DNA of 64,000 nucleotides from Octopus vulgaris. Its lineage: Eukaryota. Made by a program: the position numbers and the translations under genes. Where the stretch lies: positions 28,892,001-28,956,000 of the forward strand of contig OX597836.1 in assembly GCA_951406725.2 (NCBI GenBank), in the 5' to 3' direction. Within the stretch, counting starts at the first letter, position 1, and each line of letters opens with the position of its first letter. Shown here one piece after another: positions 12,001 to 23,210 of this stretch. Under the pieces are notes generated by a model. It was not told where the DNA came from. It searched no databases and saw only the letters and a list, made by a program, of their open reading frames with translations.

Positions 12001-15000
12001 GTAGGTGAGAAGTCTTGATGACAGATTCGCATTCCAGACATGGTCAAGGATTTTACTGAAATCTAAGCAATAACATCATGTCCTAACTTCTAAAGTGAGA
12101 ATAGCTTACTGCTACATAAATTGATGTATAGAGTTTAAACATGATGTGAAAACATTCAAATATTATCACTGTTTGTCCAAATCCTACTGCACTTCACATG
12201 GAATTTTGGGTCTGAAAAGTTTAACTTGTATGTCATTAAAAAATATTGTATGTATATTTATACATGTGGAGGCACATGGCCTAGTGGTTAGAGCAGCGGA
12301 CTCGTGGTCAAGGGATCGTGGGTTCCAATCTCAGACCGGGCGATGTATGTGTTTATGAGCGAAACACCTAAGCTCCACGCAGCTCCGGCAGAAGGTAATG
12401 GCAAACTTCTGCTGACTCTTTCGCCACAACTTTCTCTCACTCTTTCCTCCTGCATCTTGCAGCTCATCTGCAACGGACCGGCGTCCCGTCCAGGTGGGGA
12501 ACCTATACGCCAAGGAAACCGGGAAACCGGCCCTATGAGCCAGGGATGGCTCGAGAAGGAACAAACATTTATACATACACAAGAAATGAACCATTTATCT
12601 TCTTTTTACCTCCAGATTCAACTGCCAGTAATTCACAAAAAAAGAGAACAAAATCCAGAAAGAACACTGTTAAGGAACCTACACCAGGTACAATAAACAC
12701 TTTTGTTCTTGTTATTGCTGTTACTGCTGTTGTTGTTGTTGTTACTTAGTCCTGAGTCAGACTTGATCCAACCAGACATACAATCAAAAGCATTCCAACT
12801 ATGGCCATCTCATCTGAAGTTACAATAGACCATATTATTGAATATATCCTTCCGTATTTGAGACGGTAGGGTGTCATTTGAAGGGTACATGGCTGCTATT
12901 TCTTGCAGGTAACCACATAAACGCGGCGAGCTGGCAGAAACGTTAGCACGCCGGGCGAAATGCGTAGCCGTATTTCGTCTGTCGTTACGTTCTGAGTTCA
13001 AATTCCACCGAGGTCGACTTTGCCTTTCGTCCTTTCGGGGTCGATAAATAAAGTACCAGTTTCCCACTGGGGGCGATGTAATCGACTTAATCCCTGTGTT
13101 TGTCCCCTCTATGTTTAGCCCCTTGTGGGCAGTAAAGAAATACATAAAGGTTTCCTGTTATTGTTTACACCCAGGGCAGGTCTGATCCAACAGGCCTATG
13201 ATCAGAGGCATTCCATTTATGACCATCCTGTTATTTTTATTGATACATAAGACCATCAAAACTGTCTGGTCTTCTTTAAAGTAGTAAGATGTGCTTTGAG
13301 GGATATATAACTGTTATTTCTAACAGGTCCAACAACCACTCAGAGGTTGCCTCATAAGTTTCTGTTTTTATTGTTAAAGAAGGTATTGGAGGCTTTAACT
13401 GTTGTTGTGTAACTTTAGGTCAGCCCCAGGGCTCATTTTAATCAGTTTTAAATTTAATTAAAAATTCAGTTTCTTAAATTAATTTCAACAAGCAAAATAA
13501 CTAATGTTTGTCACCACTTCAACATGGCCGTTCCATATGAATCGACGTTACTACCATTTTTTAACCCCGAGAGAATGCCTCCTCTGGCTGATCATCAATG
13601 CAAGCTGCACCCGATATATATTGGAAGCAGGGGAGCAAACTCTTACCATCTTCTAGCGACTTGACACAACCAGCAAGCCGGCCAGTTACGGCCTATTTTT
13701 GCCCATCTTCAGTGGTGGATACCTGTCAGCTAGAAAGAACAGTAGTTCATTCCAGCTCACAATATATAGAAAACCAAGTGACACAACAGTCACTGATCTT
13801 GCAACAAGCAAATTATCCAGTTAGAAAACCTCTAAAAGAGATAAAAGTAGTAATTATGCTGTGAAGTAATGTTTGTCTCCACTTCAACATGGCTGCTCCA
13901 TACAAACCAACGTTACTAACATCTTTAACCCCAAGAAGGGTTAATTTCTTATTGTTTTTCTATTATTTATGTTTATTTCTTTAAATTTTGTTTCTGGCAT
14001 TTTTTTATTCTCTCTCTCTTTCTCTGCAGCCATAAACCATTTTGGTGGTTTTCCTGAAGAAGATAACTCAGCCTTTGATGTGTTCCCTGCTAAAAAGGGT
14101 CTCTTTTCTGATAATGATAATGAAGAGGTAAGTAGAAAGAGCTGACTGCTGTTGGCTGGTAACTAGCACATTGCTTTTGCACTCTCTCTCTCTATCTCTT
14201 TAAATATGTGTGTCAGATTGCTCTTACAGTTCTGGTAACGTGTAACTCAGTACAACCTATTGTATGCTCAAGTCGTCAGTGACTTAACCAGCAACCCAGC
14301 ACCAAGCTTGCTTGGTGAGCTGGGTGATTTTTGGACACCCTGTGGGATGAACAACAAGATCCATCAAAGGGCAGAGAAACCCAGAAAAGCAACAGCCGTC
14401 AGTGGTTAAAGTATTGGGCTCACAATCATGAGGTAGTGAGTTCGATTCCTGTACCAGGATGTGTGTTATCTTCTTGAGCAAGTCACTTCATTTCACATTG
14501 CTCCAGTTCACTCAGCTGTAGAGATGAGTTGCAACATCACTGATGCCAATCTGTGTCAACCTTTGCCTTTCCCTTGGATAACATCAGTGGTGTGGAGAGA
14601 GGAGACTGGCATGCATGAGCGACTGTTGGTCTTCCATAAACAACCTTGACCAGACTTGTGCTTCAGAATGTAACTTTTTAGGTGCAATCCCATGGTCATT
14701 CATGACTGAAAGGGTTCTTTACAAATGGTATTCATCAGTTGTAATGAAGACATTCTCTCTAGGAGAAGAAAGTCTCAGAAATAAAAACCTGTCAGTGGCT
14801 AAGAGATGGTTCCACACTTCACAAAACCTTAGAGCTCCCAAACCAGGACCCTGCTACTGGGCATAGTTTAAAGTCAACATAATCATTTTGTAATTCAACT
14901 GTGTCTAATGGTTAGGATTAATGTGACTCCTGTAGTTGTGGTCATGGTGGTAGTGGGTATTGCAGTGTTGTGGTTGGAGTGGCAGTGATTGTAATGATAC

Positions 15001-17583
15001 CTTGCAGTTGTTGTTGTGGTGTAATGTTGGATATAGGATGGATGACAGTAAAGGATAAAGACCCCTGTCAGTCATAAATGAGCATGGAATTGCACGTAGA
15101 AAGTTCCCCTCGAAGGCTTAAGACCAGGCAAGGTTGCATGTGCAAGACCAACAGTCGCTCATCATTCCAGTCTCCCCATCTCCACGCCACCAATGTTATC
15201 CAAGAGAAAAGCAAAGGCTGATACAGTTTGGCACCAGTGATGTCGCAACTCATTTCTACAGCTGAGTGAACTGGAGCAATGTGAAATAAAGTGTCTTGCT
15301 CAAGAACACAACACACATCCTAGCTTGGGAATCGAACTCACAACCTCACAATTGTAAGCTCAATGCTCTAACCACTGAGTCATAGATGACAGTAGCTGCT
15401 GCTATAATACAAAACACAATGTTAATGATGAGTAATATTTCTAATCGTAGTCCTGATGACCAACAATTTGTGCTTACTTGTCCTCACTTTGTGACTGTTT
15501 CTTTTTCATACAGGGTGGGCTTTTTGACGACATTCCACGTAAACCTTCCATAGATCAGTCTAAAAAAACACCACCATCGCATGGCTTCAGTGATGACGAA
15601 ATTGATGGTAAGTGTTCAGTTTTTTGTATAATCTCAATTGCATACACTGTATTTTTCTTCAGCTCAGCAAGCTTTATGCAACAGCATTGAATGTTTTATT
15701 CAGTTTCCTATATATCAAGGCTTGAATTTTACAGGTGATAATTGGGTACACAGCATTAACAAGCATCAAGAAAGGCAAAACATGTCCATTGTTTTTCTTA
15801 GTCACTGCAGGAACAATATTCATCTCATTCTGATATATACTGGGTTTTTAACACAAGTCTGTAAAGAGATTTTATCTCACGCAATTCCACAGCTGCATGC
15901 CTTCAGTAATATGTATACATTTAGCATGATACACAGATGGTGATTTTAATTTAATGCTGTTCCAATTGCATGCACCAAGTTGGTGTGTGTGTGTGTGTGT
16001 ATGGATATATCATCAATATCATTATTTTTATGTCCATTTTCTTCTATGCCAGCATGAGTTAGACAAGGCTTAATGAGACAGTGTTCAACAGTCAGATGTT
16101 CTTGTCATCAACCCCAAACTTTTTTAAGTAAAAGACATTACATTCCACAGGTTGTTACCAGTCAAGAGGTGCAAAATTTATAGGGAATTGGACATAGACA
16201 GGATAAAATATCCCTCTTCAAATGATGCCATGCAGCTTCACTCAGAATGTAAACATTCACACACACACACACACACATGATGGCCTCTCATGCAGTTTCT
16301 GATCTCCAGTTTCACTGACAAGGCATTGGTTGACCTGAGACCACAGTACAAGACACTCACCCAGGCTGCTGTACTGTGGGATAGAACTCAAAACCACAGG
16401 GCTACAAGTCAAACTCTATCCACACAGCCATGCCTGTATTTAAGTATGGAAAAGGGGCCATTAAATGGTGATGATGATACACATGCACACACATGAGATG
16501 TGGAATCTGTGGGCAGGTTACTTGTCTAGGAGGACAGTAACTCTGAATAAGAACTGACACGGGGTAGAAGTACCCTTTAATCATCCTTGCATGGGGAAAC
16601 CTCTCTAGTGGTAGTCAGTGGTTTAATAAAATGCATCCGGGACATATATACAACACCATATATACAACACCAAAGTTGGCCAGTTTTTGGTTGTTGTATG
16701 TTCAGGATGACACAAGCTATTACACCCCTTCTAACCCATGCCAGCATGTGAAAATGGATGCATAATATTGATAAGGACATGTGTGTTTGTGTGTGTGTAT
16801 TATATATATATATGTGTGTGTACATGTTGTATGTATGCATATTAATCACTGTATTACTGTATCGACCTGGCTCTTGGGTATTTTCACACACCGCTGGTCA
16901 CAGTGCGCTTCCTCACATTGTTGTAGCTTTTGAATGATGCTACCCTGCTGGCTAGGTGGGCAGGCCAACATTCCCCATGAATGGGACAACAGTCTATTGG
17001 TGGGTTGCCAATTGACAGCTGAGTGAACTGGAGCAATGTATTTTGCTCAAGAACACAATGTATCTACTGGTCCAAGAACCAAAAACCACAATTTTGCAAC
17101 CGTAAGTGCAACATGCTAACCTCCAGCCCACATGCCTCCACACATACACACACACACACATATATGACAGGCTTCTTTCAGTTTCTGTCAACCAAATCCA
17201 CTTACACTTTGGTCAGCCCAAGGCTGTAGCAGAAGACACTTGCCCAAGGTGCCACACAGTGGGACTGAACTCGGAACCATGTGGTCGGAAAGCAACTTCT
17301 TACCACACAGCCTCACCTGCGTGTGTGTGTGTATATATACGGTGGCACGTAAAAAGCACCATCCGATCGTGGCCATTTGCCAGCCTCGTCTGGCACCTGT
17401 GCAGGTGGCACGTAAAAAGCACCCACTACACTCACGGAGTGGTTGGCATTAGGAAGGACATCCAGCTGTAGAAACACTGCCAGATCAGACTGGGCCTGGT
17501 GCAGCCTACTGGCTCCCAGACCCCAGTTGAACCGTCCAACCCATGCTAGCATGGAAAACGGACGTTAAACGATGATGATGATG

Positions 17584-17623
<40 letters not shown>

Positions 17624-20600
17624 AATGCATACTAACCTCTGTATTTTCTTTATGATGACAGATCTATTTTCACCAACCAATACAAGCAGCAGTTCTCAGA
17701 AACCAAAGAGCCATAGATCTAGTATTGTGTCAGCCACCTCTGAAAAAGGCCTGTTTGATGATGATGATGATGATGAAGGGGAAAAGGATAAGAATGCTGC
17801 TTTATTTACCAGTAGTGGCTTCAAATCCCAACCAAAAGATGGTAAGCAATGATTTCTGTCTACTTAACTCTCCATACCTCTTATTTCATTACTCTTTTTA
17901 CTCTCTCTGTCCCTCTTTCTCTTGTTACATATATATGTGAGTGTGTGTGTGTGTGTGTAGATGCACAATGGCCCAGTGATTAGAGCAGCAGACTCACAGT
18001 TGTAGTATCGTGGTTTCGATTCCCAGATTGGGCATCATAAGTGTTTATTGAGCGAAAACACCTAAAGCTCCATGAGGCTCTGGCAGGGGGTGGTGGTGAA
18101 CCCTGCTGTACTCTTTCACCACAACTTTCTCTCACTCTTTCTTCCTGTTTCTGTTGTACCTGTATTTCAAAGGGCCAGCCTTGTCATACGGTGTGTCACG
18201 CTGAATCTCCCTGAGAACTACATTAAGGGTACACATGTCTGTGGAGTGCTCAGCCACTTGCATGTTAATTTCACAAGCAGGCTGTTCCGTTGATCAGAAC
18301 CTTCATCGTAAGCGACGGAGTGCCATGACAACAACGATATAATATGTATACCATGGTATCACAGTATTGACCAGACTATTGGATATTGTTATACACCACT
18401 GGTCACAATGCGCTTCGCATTGTTTTAGCTTGCGAATGATGCTCCTCCATTGGCTAGGCAAGCAGGCCAACATTTCCCTGACTGAAAGGTTATTCTGTCA
18501 TAAGGTTATCCATTTAGAGATGAGTGAACTGGAACAACATCATCATCATCATCATCGTTTAACGTCCGTTTTCCGCGCTAGCACGGGTTGGACGGTTTCG
18601 ACCGGGGTCTGGGGAGCTCGGGACTGCCCCAGGCTCCAGTCTAGTCTGGCAGTGTTTCTACAGCTGGATGCCCTTCCTAACACCAACCACTCTGCGAGTG
18701 TAGTGGGTGTTTTTTACGTGCCACCTGCACAGGTGCCAGAGGGGTCTGGCATCGGCCACGTTCGGATGGTGCTTTTTATGGGGGGGGTGCAGAAATATAG
18801 GGGAGCACCAGTGGGAGGGGTGGTTCAGAGGACAGGTACTAGGCAAGTAGAACGTAGGATATCGAGAGAGGGGTAATGCATGGTGAAATAGTGTATTGAA
18901 GAGGGGGGTTCAAAGAGTAGACACCTATAATGGTGGTGGGGGGTGCAGAAATATAGGGGAGCATCAGTGGGAGGGGTCGTTCAGAGGACAGGTTCTAGGC
19001 AAGTAGAACGTAGGATATCGAGAGAGGGGTAATGCATAGTGAAATAGCGTATTGAAGAGGGGGGTTCAAAGAGTAGACACCTATAATGGGGGTGGGAGAA
19101 ACGACATCCGGTATAGTTGGAGCAAAATAGAGATATCCGGTATTGGTGGTGGGGGTGGGTAGGGCGGGCGCGCCGCGAAGAATCGGCAGCCAATTTCTAA
19201 TCAGCCCTGTAAGGGAGATATGAAATGAAATGTTTTGTTCAAGAACAAATGTGCCACCTAGTCTGGGAATTGAACCTATGATCTACCAATCATGAGTGCA
19301 ACACACTAACCACCAGGTCACACACATTAGCACACATCTATATAATAACCTTCTTCAGCAAGTATGTGGATGACATCCTCATGTTCACCCCATCACATGA
19401 GGAGGCCTCCACAATACCAAAGGATTTCCACACATCTATATAATAACCTTCTTCAGCAGGTATGTTGATGACATCCTCATGTTCACCCCATCCCATGAGG
19501 ATGCCTCAACCAATACCAAAGGATTTCAGTAAGATGGACCAACACATTAGCTTCACCATTAAACCTCCAAACACTAGTGGTTCCCTCTCCTTACTTGACT
19601 TTCGGCTAAACATTGCAAGCCACCAGAAACGTTAGCACGCCGGGCAAAATGTATAGCCGTATTTCGTCTGCCGTTACGTTCTGAGTTCAAATTCTGCAGA
19701 GGTCGACTTTGCCTTTCATCATTTCAGGGTCGATAAATTAAGTACCAGGTACTCACTGGGGTCGATGTAATCGACTTAATCCCTTTGTCTGTCCTTGTTT
19801 GTCTCCTCTGTGTTTAGCCCCTTGTGGGTAGTAAAGAAATAATTGTGGACTAGGGAAAAATTGACAGTGTTCTACCAAAAATTAATCTGCTAGGACCTCT
19901 TTGTCCATTACAAGTTGGTCATCCCCATCAGAGCTAAGATAAGCTACGTACATGAGATCACCTGGATACATGAGATGCAGTGACAACACCAGCCAGGATG
20001 CTCAGTTCTTAAAGGTACTTGGGACCAATGAACACCTGACATCCACTATTAACTCCATACGCAAACACAAGCCAAATAAACGTGGCTGACCTGCAGCTAC
20101 TCATCATCATCGTCCACTTTCTATGCTGGCTTGTGTTGGACAGTTTGACATGGAGCTGGCTAGCAGGGAGCCAATTGTCTGTTGTGGCATGGCTTCTCTG
20201 GCTGGATGCCCTTCTTTATGCCAACCACTTTACAGAGCATGCTGGGTGTCTTTTATGTGCCACCGGCACAAGTATGTTTACACAGCTTCAACACAGGTGC
20301 GTTTACACAGCACTGGCATGGGTGCATTTGTACAGCACTGGCATAGGTGCGTTTATGCAGCTCTAACATGGGTGCTTTTTATGTGGCATTGGCACCTGAA
20401 AGGACAAGCTTGTATGTGTGGAAAAATTCCACAGTGATGGTCATGTTATTTAATTTTTGTTTGTTTATTTATTTTCAGATTTACCAAAATCTAAGCCAGT
20501 GAGCAACCTATTTGAAGACAATGATAGTGAGGCCAGCGATGATGGAGATTTGTTTAGTAATATTACTGCAAAGAAACCAATTGAAACAAAGCAGGTAGGT

Positions 20601-22937
20601 CTTGTTTTGATAAATACAAATATGGTCAAGTGGTTAAGAAATTCATTGCACAATTGCAAGGTCCCAGCTTCATAGTAAATATCAAAAGAACCTTAACCTT
20701 TTCATAAACATATTACTAACCATATTCTTTGTGCATTTAGGGTAATTTAAGCACAGGCATGGCTGTGTGGTAAGAAGCTTGCTTCCCAACCACATGGTTC
20801 CAGTTTCAGTCCTGTTGCGTGGCATCTTGGGCAAGTATATACCCATACTATAGCCTTGGGCCAACCAAAGCCTTGTGAGTGGATTTGGTGGATGGAAACT
20901 GAAAGAAGCTCTTTGTATTTATGTATATGTGTGTGTGTGTCCTTGTGTCTGTGTTTGTCCCCACCACCGCTTGAGAACTGCTGTTTCTGTGTTTAGATCC
21001 CCATAACTTAGCAGTTCAACAAAAGAGACTGATAGAATAAGTACCAGGCTTAGAAAAAGATAAGTCCTGGGGTCGATATATTCAACTAAACCCTTCAAGG
21101 CAGTGCCTCAGCATGGCCATAGCCAAATGACTGAAACAAGTAATGGATAGAAGACGAAGAAATTAACTAACATGGATTTTGGCCTTATTACAGCTGAAGT
21201 TTTTGTCTTGTGAGCTCATGAGTGCTGCTGCCACATAAAAACCACCCATGCTGGTACCACATACAAAGTACCTTTGTTGGTGCCACATATAAGGTATCCA
21301 TACTGGTTCCACATATAGAGCACTGGTGCTGGTGCCATGTAAAAAGTGCCCAGTACACTCTGTAAAGTGGTTGGCATTAAGAAGAGCATCCTGCTGCAGA
21401 AACCATGCTAAAACAGACAACTGGAGCCTGCTGCAGTTCTGTAACTTGCCAGCTCCTGTCAACCCAAGCCAGCATGGGGAAACAGATGTTAAATAATGAT
21501 GATGAATCTGATGTTTGGAACATGAGCGCCTTGTTTCCCTGGGCATGGATTCACTGAAGCTCCGGCGTCTGGCGACGGACTTGGTAAACACCCACAAGGT
21601 TATCAACCACCTCACCAACAACAACACTGAACACCTTTTTGATCTCCATGTGTCTAACACACGTGGACATACCTACAAAGTCAGAAAACAGCACAGCTCC
21701 CATGACTTTCGGAAACATTTTTTCACGCTCAGGGTTGCTGAAGCGTGGAATAAACTGCCTGCATCAGTTGTTGACTGCCATGACACTGCATCCTTTAAGG
21801 CCCTCATGCTTCCCGAAATCCGTCGAAACTACACCTGATTATATACACACTTTAGATGAGTTGTAGTGCACCTGAGCACTGTACACAATTATTATTATTA
21901 TTATGACTTGCCAAAAGATTCTTCCACGAAACTGTCGGAAAGTTTTAATTGGAATATGGACATTTTAGAATGAAAGGTTTTTGTGTCTGCAAACCGTCAT
22001 GGGCAACTTGCGCATGGACCCTTCTGAATGGCACGTATCATCATCGTTTAATGTCCACCTTCCATGCTGGCATGAGTTGGATGGTTTGACTGAGGGCTGG
22101 CAAGCCAGAAGGCTGCACCAGGCTCCAGTCTGATCTGGCAAGGTTTCTACAGCTGGATGCCCTTCCTAACGCCAACACTCTGAGAATGTAGTGGGTGCTT
22201 TTTACGTGCCATTAGCATGAGGGCCAGTCAGGCGGTACTGGTATCGACCACGCTTCATAAACATATTATTAATGATATTCTTTGTGCATTTAAAGTAATT
22301 TAAGCACAGGCATGGCTGTGTGGTAAGAAGCTTACTTCCCAACCACATGGTTCCAGGTTCAGTCCTGCTGTGTGACATCTTGGGCAACTTTTTATTTTAG
22401 TAGTATATCCCACCTGACTATGCACCATGTCTTCTGCAGCCTGCTTTTCATGAAAGGTTGCCCACGCCTGTCGCAGAACTAGAGATGGTCTTGAGTAGGC
22501 CTTTAGCTAAAGGGTATATTCTAATATCCCCCAAAAGCTCATTCTGAAGAAGTTTAACATTCAGAGTCTTTTTGTGTTGTAACAAACTTAAGTGAAACGA
22601 GGAATGTCGGATTTTTTTTTTTGATTTTTTTACTTGCTTCAGTTATTAGACTGTGGCTATGTTGGAGCACACCACGTCGAAGAATCTTAATCAAACGAAT
22701 TACTTCCAGTACTTTTTTTTTTTTCTGAAATTGGTATTTATTCTGTTAGTCTCTTTTGCCAAGCCACAGTGGTGGGGGACAAACACACCGTCAAAGTCAT
22801 GTACACATGTATTACATGTGTGCATGTCTTTGTGCGGTCCGGTAAAAGAAACCAATTGAATAAGTACCAGGCTTAACAAGTACTGGAGTCGATTTGTTTG
22901 ACTGACATGCACACATATATACACACACCACACACAC

Positions 22938-22986
<49 letters not shown>

Positions 22987-23169
22987 GTGTCCCAGATGAA
23001 CCAACTTCATGGCAGGAGGTGCAGATGAGGGCAGCTGCATCGAACTCTCTCATGCACCAAATGGCAATTGCTAAAAAGCATTCGTGAAGTAAAATCATAT
23101 AGCAACACTGAATGGCGGTGCCTCAGCATGGCCACAGCTCGTGAGCTGAAACTAGATAAAATATAAAAT

Positions 23170-23210
<41 letters not shown>

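Noticed and set aside
22541-22615. Hammerhead candidate CTGAAGA...GAAAC...GTC
   Set aside because: Stem I does not pair and stem II is out of register with GAAA.
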